Shown: piece by piece, positions 1-12,200 of the stretch
How positions within the stretch are numbered: the stretch's first letter is position 1
Layout: each line of letters begins with the position of its first letter
NCBI GenBank assembly: GCA_040285855.1
Contig: JAUFOQ010000001.1
Coordinates: 248,001 to 312,000, forward strand
Source: Eukaryota sp. GEM-RC1
Lineage: Eukaryota
Length of the DNA: 64,000 bases
Reading direction: 5' to 3'
Translations under genes and position numbers: made by a program
Notes under the pieces: model-generated
The model's input: only the letters and a program-made list of their open reading frames with translations
Told to the model about the DNA's origin: nothing
Database searches by the model: none

Positions 1-579
1 CGAACTTATGTGCACTATGAGCGCTAAAAACTCCCTATTTGTAGACATAGGGACTTTATAAGGCCTCAGGCACAGTTATAAGAAAAAAGTGTAATTTTTT
101 TGGGGGTGTGCATTTATAGAGTGTGCATTTATAGAGAGTTGACTGTATATTATTTATATATTTAGACTCTGGGTAAATGTTAGTTGCTGGGTCACCAATA
201 TGTTTGATGTCTCATTCGGCGATATGCAATAATACTGCAATGTAATTCAATATTGTGACCGTACTTGTAAAATACCCGAGTTTTCATTTGAACAATACAA
301 AAATACATAGAATACAAAATTACAAAAAATACTAAAATACAAAGTAAAATACAAACATATCAGTCTGATAATCTTCTTCAACATGAACTCAACGATAACG
401 TTCACCACTGGTGATGTTATTGAAGTTCGTGTAAATTTTATCGATCAGTTGCTTTAGTAGATTGTATTAAAATTCATTTTTCGATATGATTTGATCAAAT
501 ATATTTGACATTACCAAGAACATCATTTTGTTTCATGGAATTATTGGGATACTTTTGAAAAATTTAAAAAATTTGAGGC

Positions 580-1254
580 CTACACTTCAACTTTTGCACT
601 TCCCAGATTCCTGTTGTGTAGAAGGTGCAAGACGGGAAAATCGTCTGGAGGAGTTAGAGTGTCTTCAAATGGTGAAGGGATAGTGGCGGCGGTTACTCCT
701 GTCACGTTTTCTTCGGCTTCAGCAGTAATGGCGGAGCGAGCACTTTCTAATTGTTCTTTTAGTTCTGGTGAGAGGTTCAGTTCTAACAGGGAGTCAAGGG
801 AACCGATGGTAGGTTCAGAGGTAGCAGTGGAGGTTCTTGGTACCGTGTAAATATAGCTTCCGAAAAGTGAGTTATCGGAGTCTTCTTTTGTAATGGCATA
901 AGCGGCCATATCGTCTATCCAGGATAGAATGTGTTCGGCGTCCAAAGTCTTGAGAAGGGGTACTTTGGTTCTTATTCCCTTTCTTCCGAGGGAGGAGTTC
1001 AGCAAGGCGACGTTACGGTCGGAGTTCCTTGTTTCTTGGACAGTTTCTTCGAGGTCTGTGTCCGAGGCGTAGTTCAGCGAACGGAGGGACAGAGGAGCGG
1101 CGGCAACTTCTGGGCGGCGGCTCGAATAAAGGTTCGGATGAGAGGAGGCATGGCAGCAGTCCTCATCATCTACGGTGACATGAATATGGTCACAATAATT
1201 ATTGTTGACTATACCGTCAAATGGGGTACTAGTATCAGAGAAAATATAAGACAT
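580..1254 (-). CDS. Repeat-unit ORF (unit 1); truncated, possibly retroelement gag-like N-terminus with a junction-derived C-terminal tail
   Basis: Open frame, GC-richer than its flanks. The likely start is MSYIFSD at 1254, because the upstream ATG at 1314 is GTG in units 2, 5 and 6. The last ~16 codons lie beyond the array junction at 630/631. The gag-like call is inference only. Confidence 0.45.
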   Translation of the reverse strand: MSYIFSDTSTPFDGIVNNNYCDHIHVTVDDEDCCHASSHPNLYSSRRPEVAAAPLSLRSLNYASDTDLEETVQETRNSDRNVALLNSSLGRKGIRTKVPLLKTLDAEHILSWIDDMAAYAITKEDSDNSLFGSYIYTVPRTSTATSEPTIGSLDSLLELNLSPELKEQLESARSAITAEAEENVTGVTAATIPSPFEDTLTPPDDFPVLHLLHNRNLGSAKVEV

Positions 1255-2321
1255 AGGTTTATGAGACGGAGATAAGTAAAATCTATAAGGTAAAAATATA
1301 AAAATAAACAACATCTACACCCCATATCAGCCTTGCTCACTTCATTTTCTTCTAACCCACTGTGTTAGCATTTGGGTGGTTCGTTTGGACATTTGAGAGG
1401 CCTGATAGCAAAAATAACGTGTCTGGTGATAGGTCAAGGTGGTTTTCTTGGAAGATATGAGATGTAGGCAAAATTGTTCTTAAGGAAAATTGCCACTGCT
1501 ACTCCTAAAATACCTTGTGGAATTCAGATATGACTCAAAACAGCAGTTTTAGACATGATTTATTGATTGCATGAAAGCCAAGTTAGAGAACGACGATACT
1601 ATACGGATGCTACAGAAGAGTGGCAGGATTACTAGTAGCTGAAAGGTTAAGCGCATCAAGTAAGAAGAGATGCTCAACTGACACATATGAACCATCATTA
1701 TGAGTAAGATTCTAGGAGGTCAAGAGAGGACACATGGTTTCACGAACTTATGTGCACTATGAGCGCTAAAAACTCCCTATTTGTAGACATAGGGACTTTA
1801 TAAGGCCTCAGGCACAGTTATAAGAAAAAAGTGTAATTTTTTTGGGGGTGTGCATTTATAGAGTGTGCATTTATAGAGAGTTGACTGTATATTATTTATA
1901 TATTTAGACTCTGGGTAAATGTTAGTTGCTGGGTCACCAATATGTTTGATGTCTCATTCGGCGATATGCAATAATACTGCAATGTAATTCAATATTGTGA
2001 CCGTACTTGTAAAATACCCGAGTTTTCATTTGAACAATACAAAAATACATAGAATACAAAATTACAAAAAATACTAAAATACAAAGTAAAATACAAACAT
2101 ATCAGTCTGATAATCTTCTTCAACATGAACTCAACGATAACGTTCACCACTGGTGATGTTATTGAAGTTCGTGTAAATTTTATCGATCAGTTGCTTTAGT
2201 AGATTGTATTAAAATTCATTTTTCGATATGATTTGATCAAATATATTTGACATTACCAAGAACATCATTTTGTTTCATGGAATTATTGGGATACTTTTGA
2301 AAAATTTAAAAAATTTGAGGC

Positions 2322-2996
2322 CTACACTGCAACTTTTGCACTTCCCAGATTCCTGTTGTGTAGAAGGTGCAAGACGGGAAAATCGTCTGGAGGAGTTAGA
2401 GTGTCTTCAAATGGTGAAGGGATAGTGGCGGCGGTTACTCCTGTCACGTTTTCTTCGGCTTCAGCAGTAATGGCGGAGCGAGCACTTTCTAATTGTTCTT
2501 TTAGTTCTGGTGAGAGGTTCAGTTCTAACAGGGAGTCAAGGGAACCGATGGTAGGTTCAGAGGTAGCAGTGGAGGTTCTTGGTACCGTGTAAATATAGCT
2601 TCCGAAAAGTGAGTTATCGGAGTCTTCTTTTGTAATGGCATAAGCGGCCATATCGTCTATCCAGGATAGAATGTGTTCGGCGTCCAAAGTCTTGAGAAGG
2701 GGTACTTTGGTTCTTATTCCCTTTCTTCCGAGGGAGGAGTTCAGCAAGGCGACGTTACGGTCGGAGTTCCTTGTTTCTTGGACAGTTTCTTCGAGGTCTG
2801 TGTCCGAGGCGTAGTTCAGCGAACGGAGGGACAGAGGAGCGGCGGCAACTTCTGGGCGGCGGCTCGAATAAAGGTTCGGATGAGAGGAGGCATGGCAGCA
2901 GTCCTCATCATCTACGGTGACATGAATATGGTCACAATAATTATTGTTGACTATACCGTCAAATGGGGTACTAGTATCAGAGAAAATATAAGACAT
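2322..2996 (-). CDS. Repeat-unit ORF (unit 2)
   Basis: Copy of the unit 1 ORF at +1742. Confidence 0.45.
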   Translation of the reverse strand: MSYIFSDTSTPFDGIVNNNYCDHIHVTVDDEDCCHASSHPNLYSSRRPEVAAAPLSLRSLNYASDTDLEETVQETRNSDRNVALLNSSLGRKGIRTKVPLLKTLDAEHILSWIDDMAAYAITKEDSDNSLFGSYIYTVPRTSTATSEPTIGSLDSLLELNLSPELKEQLESARSAITAEAEENVTGVTAATIPSPFEDTLTPPDDFPVLHLLHNRNLGSAKVAV

Positions 2997-4063
2997 AGGT
3001 TTATGAGACGGAGATAAGTAAAATCTATAAGGTAAAAATATAAAAATAAACAACACCTACACCCCATATCAGCCTTGCTCACTTCATTTTCTTCTAACCC
3101 ACTGTATTAGCATTTGGGTGGTTCGTTTGGACATTTGAGAGGCCTGATAGCAAAAATAACGTGTCTGGTGATAGGTCAAGGTGGTTTTCTTGGAAGATAT
3201 GAGATGTAGGCAAAATTGTTCTTAAGGAAAATTGCCACTGCTACTCCTAAAATACCTTGTGGAATTCAGATATGACTCAAAACAGCAGTTTTAGACATGA
3301 TTTATTGATTGCATGAAAGCCAAGTTAGAGAACGACGATACTATACGGATGCTACAGAAGAGTGGCAGGATTACTAGTAGCTGAAAGGTTAAGCGCATCA
3401 AGTAAGAAGAGATGCTCAACTGACACATATGAACCATCATTATGAGTAAGATTCTAGGAGGTCAAGAGAGGACACATGGTTTCACGAACTTATGTGCACT
3501 ATGAGCGCTAAAAACTCCCTATTTGTAGACATAGGGACTTTATAAGGCCTCAGGCACAGTTATAAGAAAAAAGTGTAATTTTTTTGGGGGTGTGCATTTA
3601 TAGAGTGTGCATTTATAGAGAGTTGACTGTATATTATTTATATATTTAGACTCTGGGTAAATGTTAGTTGCTGGGTCACCAATATGTTTGATGTCTCATT
3701 CGGCGATATGCAATAATACTGCAATGTAATTCAATATTGTGACCGTACTTGTAAAATACCCGAGTTTTCATTTGAACAATACAAAAATACATAGAATACA
3801 AAATTACAAAAAATACTAAAATACAAAGTAAAATACAAACATATCAGTCTGATAATCTTCTTCAACATGAACTCAACGATAACGTTCACCACTGGTGATG
3901 TTATTGAAGTTCGTGTAAATTTTATCGATCAGTTGCTTTAGTAGATTGTATTAAAATTCATTTTTCGATATGATTTGATCAAATATATTTGACATTACCA
4001 AGAACATCATTTTGTTTCATGGAATTATTGGGATACTTTTGAAAAATTTAAAAAATTTGAGGC

Positions 4064-4738
4064 CTACACTGCAACTTTTGCACTTCCCAGATTCCTGTTG
4101 TGTAGAAGGTGCAAGACGGGAAAATCGTCTGGAGGAGTTAGAGTGTCTTCAAATGGTGAAGGGATAGTGGCGGCGGTTACTCCTGTCACGTTTTCTTCGG
4201 CTTCAGCAGTAATGGCGGAGCGAGCACTTTCTAATTGTTCTTTTAGTTCTGGTGAGAGGTTCAGTTCTAACAGGGAGTCAAGGGAACCGATGGTAGGTTC
4301 AGAGGTAGCAGTGGAGGTTCTTGGTACCGTGTAAATATAGCTTCCGAAAAGTGAGTTATCGGAGTCTTCTTTTGTAATGGCATAAGCGGCCATATCGTCT
4401 ATCCAGGATAGAATGTGTTCGGCGTCCAAAGTCTTGAGAAGGGGTACTTTGGTTCTTATTCCCTTTCTTCCGAGGGAGGAGTTCAGCAAGGCGACGTTAC
4501 GGTCGGAGTTCCTTGTTTCTTGGACAGTTTCTTCGAGGTCTGTGTCCGAGGCGTAGTTCAGCGAACGGAGGGACAGAGGAGCGGCGGCAACTTCTGGGCG
4601 GCGGCTCGAATAAAGGTTCGGATGAGAGGAGGCATGGCAGCAGTCCTCATCATCTACGGTGACATGAATATGGTCACAATAATTATTGTTGACTATACCG
4701 TCAAATGGGGTACTAGTATCAGAGAAAATATAAGACAT
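4064..4738 (-). CDS. Repeat-unit ORF (unit 3)
   Basis: Copy of the unit 1 ORF. Confidence 0.45.
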   Translation of the reverse strand: MSYIFSDTSTPFDGIVNNNYCDHIHVTVDDEDCCHASSHPNLYSSRRPEVAAAPLSLRSLNYASDTDLEETVQETRNSDRNVALLNSSLGRKGIRTKVPLLKTLDAEHILSWIDDMAAYAITKEDSDNSLFGSYIYTVPRTSTATSEPTIGSLDSLLELNLSPELKEQLESARSAITAEAEENVTGVTAATIPSPFEDTLTPPDDFPVLHLLHNRNLGSAKVAV

Positions 4739-5805
4739 AGGTTTATGAGACGGAGATAAGAAAAATCTATAAGGTAAAAATATAAAAATAAACAACATCT
4801 ACACCCCATATCAGCCTTGCTCACTTCATTTTCTTCTAACCCACTGTGTTAGCATTTGGGTGGTTCGTTTGGACATTTGAGAGGCCTGATAGCAAAAATA
4901 ACGTGTCTGGTGATAGGTCAAGGTGGTTTTCTTGGAAGATATGAGATGTAGGCAAAATTGTTCTTAAGGAAAATTGCCACTGCTACTCCTAAAATACCTT
5001 GTGGAATTCAGATATGACTCAAAACAGCAGTTTTAGACATGATTTATTGATTGCATGAAAGCCAAGTTAGAGAACGACGATACTATACGGATGCTACAGA
5101 AGAGTGGCAGGATTACTAGTAGCTGAAAGGTTAAGCGCATCAAGTAAGAAGAGATGCTCAACTGACACATATGAACCATCATTATGAGTAAGATTCTAGG
5201 AGGTCAAGAGAGGACACATGGTTTCACGAACTTATGTGCACTATGAGCGCTAAAAACTCCCTATTTGTAGACATAGGGACTTTATAAGGCCTCAGGCACA
5301 GTTATAAGAAAAAAGTGTAATTTTTTTGGGGGTGTGCATTTATAGAGGTTGCATTTATAGAGAGTTGACTGTATATTATTTATATATTTAGACTCTGGGT
5401 AAATGTTAGTTGCTGGGTCACCAATATGTTTGATGTCTCATTCGGCGATATGCAATAATACTGCAATGTAATTCAATATTGTGACCGTACTTGTAAAATA
5501 CCCGAGTTTTCATTTGAACAATACAAAAATACATAGAATACAAAATTACAAAAAATACTAAAATACAAAGTAAAATACAAACATATCAGTCTGATAATCT
5601 TCTTCAACATGAACTCAACGATAACGTTCACCACTGGTGATGTTATTGAAGTTCGTGTAAATTTTATCGATCAGTTGCTTTAGTAGATTGTATTAAAATT
5701 CATTTTTCGATATGATTTGATCAAATATATTTGACATTACCAAGAACATCATTTTGTTTCATGGAATTATTGGGATACTTTTGAAAAATTTAAAAAATTT
5801 GAGGC

Positions 5806-6480
5806 CTACACTGCAACTTTTGCACTTCCCAGATTCCTGTTGTGTAGAAGGTGCAAGACGGGAAAATCGTCTGGAGGAGTTAGAGTGTCTTCAAATGGTG
5901 AAGGGATAGTGGCGGCGGTTACTCCTGTCACGTTTTCTTCGGCTTCAGCAGTAATGGCGGAGCGAGCACTTTCTAATTGTTCTTTTAGTTCTGGTGAGAG
6001 GTTCAGTTCTAACAGGGAGTCAAGGGAACCGATGGTAGGTTCAGAGGTAGCAGTGGAGGTTCTTGGTACCGTGTAAATATAGCTTCCGAAAAGTGAGTTA
6101 TCGGAGTCTTCTTTTGTAATGGCATAAGCGGCCATATCGTCTATCCAGGATAGAATGTGTTCGGCGTCCAAAGTCTTGAGAAGGGGTACTTTGGTTCTTA
6201 TTCCCTTTCTTCCGAGGGAGGAGTTCAGCAAGGCGACGTTACGGTCGGAGTTCCTTGTTTCTTGGACAGTTTCTTCGAGGTCTGTGTCCGAGGCGTAGTT
6301 CAGCGAACGGAGGGACAGAGGAGCGGCGGCAACTTCTGGGCGGCGGCTCGAATAAAGGTTCGGATGAGAGGAGGCATGGCAGCAGTCCTCATCATCTACG
6401 GTGACATGAATATGGTCACAATAATTATTGTTGACTATACCGTCAAATGGGGTACTAGTATCAGAGAAAATATAAGACAT
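5806..6480 (-). CDS. Repeat-unit ORF (unit 4)
   Basis: Copy of the unit 1 ORF. Confidence 0.45.
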   Translation of the reverse strand: MSYIFSDTSTPFDGIVNNNYCDHIHVTVDDEDCCHASSHPNLYSSRRPEVAAAPLSLRSLNYASDTDLEETVQETRNSDRNVALLNSSLGRKGIRTKVPLLKTLDAEHILSWIDDMAAYAITKEDSDNSLFGSYIYTVPRTSTATSEPTIGSLDSLLELNLSPELKEQLESARSAITAEAEENVTGVTAATIPSPFEDTLTPPDDFPVLHLLHNRNLGSAKVAV

Positions 6481-7547
6481 AGGTTTATGAGACGGAGATA
6501 AGAAAAATCTATAAGGTAAAAATATAAAAATAAACAACATCTACACCCCATATCAGCCTTGCTCACTTCATTTTCTTCTAACCCACTGTGTTAGCATTTG
6601 GGTGGTTCGTTTGGACATTTGAGAGGCCTGATAGCAAAAATAACGTGTCTGGTGATAGGTCAAGGTGGTTTTCTTGGAAGATATGAGATGTAGGCAAAAT
6701 TGTTCTTAAGGAAAATTGCCACTGCTACTCCTAAAATACCTTGTGGAATTCAGATATGACTCAAAACAGCAGTTTTAGACATGATTTATTGATTGCATGA
6801 AAGCCAAGTTAGAGAACGACGATACTATACGGATGCTACAGAAGAGTGGCAGGATTACTAGTAGCTGAAAGGTTAAGCGCATCAAGTAAGAAGAGATGCT
6901 CAACTGACACATATGAACCATCATTATGAGTAAGATTCTAGGAGGTCAAGAGAGGACACATGGTTTCACGAACTTATGTGCACTATGAGCGCTAAAAACT
7001 CCCTATTTGTAGACATAGGGACTTTATAAGGCCTCAGGCACAGTTATAAGAAAAAAGTGTAATTTTTTTGGGGGTGTGCATTTATAGAGGTTGCATTTAT
7101 AGAGAGTTGACTGTATATTATTTATATATTTAGACTCTGGGTAAATGTTAGTTGCTGGGTCACCAATATGTTTGATGTCTCATTCGGCGATATGCAATAA
7201 TACTGCAATGTAATTCAATATTGTGACCGTACTTGTAAAATACCCGAGTTTTCATTTGAACAATACAAAAATACATAGAATACAAAATTACAAAAAATAC
7301 TAAAATACAAAGTAAAATACAAACATATCAGTCTGATAATCTTCTTCAACATGAACTCAACGATAACGTTCACCACTGGTGATGTTATTGAAGTTCGTGT
7401 AAATTTTATCGATCAGTTGCTTTAGTAGATTGTATTAAAATTCATTTTTCGATATGATTTGATCAAATATATTTGACATTACCAAGAACATCATTTTGTT
7501 TCATGGAATTATTGGGATACTTTTGAAAAATTTAAAAAATTTGAGGC

Positions 7548-8222
7548 CTACACTGCAACTTTTGCACTTCCCAGATTCCTGTTGTGTAGAAGGTGCAAGA
7601 CGGGAAAATCGTCTGGAGGAGTTAGAGTGTCTTCAAATGGTGAAGGGATAGTGGCGGCGGTTACTCCTGTCACGTTTTCTTCGGCTTCAGCAGTAATGGC
7701 GGAGCGAGCACTTTCTAATTGTTCTTTTAGTTCTGGTGAGAGGTTCAGTTCTAACAGGGAGTCAAGGGAACCGATGGTAGGTTCAGAGGTAGCAGTGGAG
7801 GTTCTTGGTACCGTGTAAATATAGCTTCCGAAAAGTGAGTTATCGGAGTCTTCTTTTGTAATGGCATAAGCGGCCATATCGTCTATCCAGGATAGAATGT
7901 GTTCGGCGTCCAAAGTCTTGAGAAGGGGTACTTTGGTTCTTATTCCCTTTCTTCCGAGGGAGGAGTTCAGCAAGGCGACGTTACGGTCGGAGTTCCTTGT
8001 TTCTTGGACAGTTTCTTCGAGGTCTGTGTCCGAGGCGTAGTTCAGCGAACGGAGGGACAGAGGAGCGGCGGCAACTTCTGGGCGGCGGCTCGAATAAAGG
8101 TTCGGATGAGAGGAGGCATGGCAGCAGTCCTCATCATCTACGGTGACATGAATATGGTCACAATAATTATTGTTGACTATACCGTCAAATGGGGTACTAG
8201 TATCAGAGAAAATATAAGACAT
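7548..8222 (-). CDS. Repeat-unit ORF (unit 5)
   Basis: Copy of the unit 1 ORF. Confidence 0.45.
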   Translation of the reverse strand: MSYIFSDTSTPFDGIVNNNYCDHIHVTVDDEDCCHASSHPNLYSSRRPEVAAAPLSLRSLNYASDTDLEETVQETRNSDRNVALLNSSLGRKGIRTKVPLLKTLDAEHILSWIDDMAAYAITKEDSDNSLFGSYIYTVPRTSTATSEPTIGSLDSLLELNLSPELKEQLESARSAITAEAEENVTGVTAATIPSPFEDTLTPPDDFPVLHLLHNRNLGSAKVAV

Positions 8223-9289
8223 AGGTTTATGAGACGGAGATAAGTAAAATCTATAAGGTAAAAATATAAAAATAAACAACACCTACACCCCATATCAGCC
8301 TTGCTCACTTCATTTTCTTCTAACCCACTGTATTAGCATTTGGGTGGTTCGTTTGGACATTTGAGAGGCCTGATAGCAAAAATAACGTGTCTGGTGATAG
8401 GTCAAGGTGGTTTTCTTGGAAGATATGAGATGTAGGCAAAATTGTTCTTAAGGAAAATTGCCACTGCTACTCCTAAAATACCTTGTGGAATTCAGATATG
8501 ACTCAAAACAGCAGTTTTAGACATGATTTATTGATTGCATGAAAGCCAAGTTAGAGAACGACGATACTATACGGATGCTACAGAAGAGTGGCAGGATTAC
8601 TAGTAGCTGAAAGGTTAAGCGCATCAAGTAAGAAGAGATGCTCAACTGACACATATGAACCATCATTATGAGTAAGATTCTAGGAGGTCAAGAGAGGACA
8701 CATGGTTTCACGAACTTATGTGCACTATGAGCGCTAAAAACTCCCTATTTGTAGACATAGGGACTTTATAAGGCCTCAGGCACAGTTATAAGAAAAAAGT
8801 GTAATTTTTTTGGGGGTGTGCATTTATAGAGGTTGCATTTATAGAGAGTTGACTGTATATTATTTATATATTTAGACTCTGGGTAAATGTTAGTTGCTGG
8901 GTCACCAATATGTTTGATGTCTCATTCGGCGATATGCAATAATACTGCAATGTAATTCAATATTGTGACCGTACTTGTAAAATACCCGAGTTTTCATTTG
9001 AACAATACAAAAATACATAGAATACAAAATTACAAAAAATACTAAAATACAAAGTAAAATACAAACATATCAGTCTGATAATCTTCTTCAACATGAACTC
9101 AACGATAACGTTCACCACTGGTGATGTTATTGAAGTTCGTGTAAATTTTATCGATCAGTTGCTTTAGTAGATTGTATTAAAATTCATTTTTCGATATGAT
9201 TTGATCAAATATATTTGACATTACCAAGAACATCATTTTGTTTCATGGAATTATTGGGATACTTTTGAAAAATTTAAAAAATTTGAGGC

Positions 9290-9965
9290 CTACACTGCAA
9301 CTTTTGCACTTCCCAGATTCCTGTTGTGTAGAAGGTGCAAGACGGGAAAATCGTCTGGAGGAGTTAGAGTGTCTTCAAATGGTGAAGGGATAGTGGCGGC
9401 GGTTACTCCTGTCACGTTTTCTTCGGCTTCAGCAGTAATGGCGGAGCGAGCACTTTCTAATTGTTCTTTTAGTTCTGGTGAGAGGTTCAGTTCTAACAGG
9501 GAGTCAAGGGAACCGATGGTAGGTTCAGAGGTAGCAGTGGAGGTTCTTGGTACCGTGTAAATATAGCTTCCGAAAAGTGAGTTATCGGAGTCTTCTTTTG
9601 TAATGGCATAAGCGGCCATATCGTCTATCCAGGATAGAATGTGTTCGGCGTCCAAAAGTCTTGAGAAGGGGTACTTTGGTTCTTATTCCCTTTCTTCCGA
9701 GGGAGGAGTTCAGCAAGGCGACGTTACGGTCGGAGTTCCTTGTTTCTTGGACAGTTTCTTCGAGGTCTGTGTCCGAGGCGTAGTTCAGCGAACGGAGGGA
9801 CAGAGGAGCGGCGGCAACTTCTGGGCGGCGGCTCGAATAAAGGTTCGGATGAGAGGAGGCATGGCAGCAGTCCTCATCATCTACGGTGACATGAATATGG
9901 TCACAATAATTATTGTTGACTATACCGTCAAATGGGGTACTAGTATCAGAGAAAATATAAGACAT
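9290..9965 (-). pseudogene. Repeat-unit ORF (unit 6), frameshifted
   Basis: tccaaaagtc instead of tccaaagtc at ~9654-9657 splits the ORF; this may be a sequencing error. Confidence 0.5.
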
Positions 9966-11799
9966 AGGTTTATGAGACGGAGATAAGTAAAATCTATAAG
10001 GTAAAAATATAAAAATAAACAACACCTACACCCCATATCAGCCTTGCTCACTTCATTTTCTTCTAACCCACTGTATTAGCATTTGGGTGGTTCGTTTGGA
10101 CATTTGAGAGGCCTGATAGCAAAAATAACGTGTCTGGTGATAGGTCAAGGTGGTTTTCTTGGAAGATATGAGATGTAGGCAAAATTGTTCTTAAGGAAAA
10201 TTGCCACTGCTACTCCTAAAATACCTTGTGGAATTCAGATATGACTCAAAACAGCAGTTTTAGACATGATTTATTGATTGCATGAAAGCCAAGTTAGAGA
10301 ACGACGATACTATACGGATGCTACAGAAGAGTGGCAGGATTACTAGTAGCTGAAAGGTTAAGCGCATCAAGTAAGAAGAGATGCTCAACTGACACATATG
10401 AACCATCATTATGAGTAAGATTCTAGGAGGTCAAGAGAGGACACATGGTTTCACGAACTTATGTGCACTATGAGCGCTAAAAACTCCCTATTTGTAGACA
10501 TAGGGACTTTATAAGGCCTCAGGCACAGTTATAAGAAAAAAGTGTAATTTTTTTGGGGGTGTGCATTTATAGAGTGTGCATTTATAGAGAGTTGACTGTA
10601 TATTATTTATATATTTAGACTCTGGGTAAATGTTAGTTGCTGGGTCACCAATATGTTTGATGTCTCATTCGGCGATATGCAATAATACTGCAATGTAATT
10701 CAATATTGTGACCGTACTTGTAAAATACCCGAGTTTTCATTTGAACAATACAAAAATACATAGAATACAAAATTACAAAAAATACTAAAATACAAAGTAA
10801 AATACAAACATATCAGTCTGATAATCTTCTTCAACATGAACTCAACGATAACGTTCACCACTGGTGATGTTATTGAAGTTCGTGTAAATTTTATCGATCA
10901 GTTGCTTTAGTAGATTGTATTAAAATTCATTTTTCGATATGATTTGATCAAATATATTTGACATTACCAAGAACATCATTTTGTTTCATGGAATTATTGG
11001 GATACTTTTGAAAAATTTAAAAAATTTGAGGCCTACACTTCAACTTTTGCACTTCCCAGATTCCTGTTGTGTAGAAGGTGCAACATATCAGTTGACCTTT
11101 CAAGCGAATGTACATGTCGTTATCCACTTTTTTCTTCGTTTTCTTCACTAAAACAATATCAAGCTAACTGTATACTAAAGCTTCTGACTAAATCTGAGTT
11201 TGTTAGAATTTCCTACACAGATCACTTCGATTGGTTTTGTTGAACCTACTCTTTCAACTGAGTCTCTCACCGTGTCAAACTTACCAATCCCGACTCCAAA
11301 TGTAGTCATTCCAACCTTGATTTTTGATAGACCAAACACTGATGCTTCTGAACCAGCAAAACTCTACCAGAATTGCCAAAACGCCACTGGGCCAAGTAGA
11401 TAAATTGTAAAAGCAGAATGTAATCTTAATTTAATGATTATAGCTGTAGTGCAATGGCAAGGGCAAGGGAATCAAAAAGGACACGACAAAAAGTGGGCAG
11501 TGAAAATTTTACCTTAATGGGAGGGTAGACTGTACTTGTTTTTCGGTTGTTTTTCAATCCCAAACTGAAACACAGTACTTTATCGTTACACTCTGCTAAA
11601 GTACTTTCACTATCATCTTATATGATGTATACAATTGTTTTTGACCAACAACATTTTTATACACTTTAATTAATATACTGTAAATGTAATTGACTAAACA
11701 GCTAAAATTTAAAAAAACAACAACACCCGTCGCTATCAAATCTTATAACAGCTTTGTCCTCATAAACGGAACTCACAGCTACTAAAGCTTTGGAGATGA

Positions 11800-12200
11800 T
11801 TAGGGGAATTGTTTTAAAAGCAGTAAAAACGATACGAATCAACCATAACGCACGTTAAGACGTTTATTTATCCTCTTATTTACGATTTTTTCGAAATTGA
11901 TTAAAACAATCAATGCACTTTTTCCTAAACGTTCATAAATTGAAACAGCAAAAGTGCATAATTCGTATTCAACATGTTTTACATGTTTTAGAGCCATCAA
12001 TGGTTTCTTGTAACCATTCTGTTTGGCTTGATCAGAAATGTCTAAAGGGGAAGTTTCAGAGTAAGCATTCAAGGATGTCTTATTACAAACATCCACTGAC
12101 ACTACATCAACAACAAACAATTTGTATGCAGAAGAAGGGACAACAAAATCTGCTCTCCTTTACCAAAAAATTGGTTCTGTTTTTCGACATTACAATTATT
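11800..12200 (-). mobile_element. Decayed 3' fragment of an RLE-type (CRE/R2-like) non-LTR retrotransposon
   Basis: Peptide VDVVSVDVCNK...DQAKQNGY...FAVSIYERLG resembles the restriction-like endonuclease tail (D..K..KY...F..S.FG.L) and the fragment at 37340-38290. Confidence 0.6.

Larger units (their letters stand above)
1..11083. repeat. Tandem array, 1742-bp unit, about 6.4 copies visible, probably continuing off the left edge
   Basis: Near-identical ORFs recur at 580, 2322, 4064, 5806, 7548 and 9290 (period 1742). The units differ at about 5 variant sites plus a +1 A in unit 6. Homology ends after ...gtagaaggtgcaa at 11083. Confidence 0.99.

Noticed and set aside
614..1275. Plus-strand 78-aa and 114-aa ORFs in each repeat unit
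   Set aside because: Antisense shadows of the longer minus-strand ORF.
1314..1325. tRNA 5' end or LTR primer-binding site (TGGGGTGTAG on the minus strand)
   Set aside because: No cloverleaf follows, and no paired LTRs could be identified.
1..11083. CRISPR array or rDNA array
   Set aside because: The unit is 1742 bp with no repeat-spacer structure, no cas genes and no recognisable rRNA sequence.
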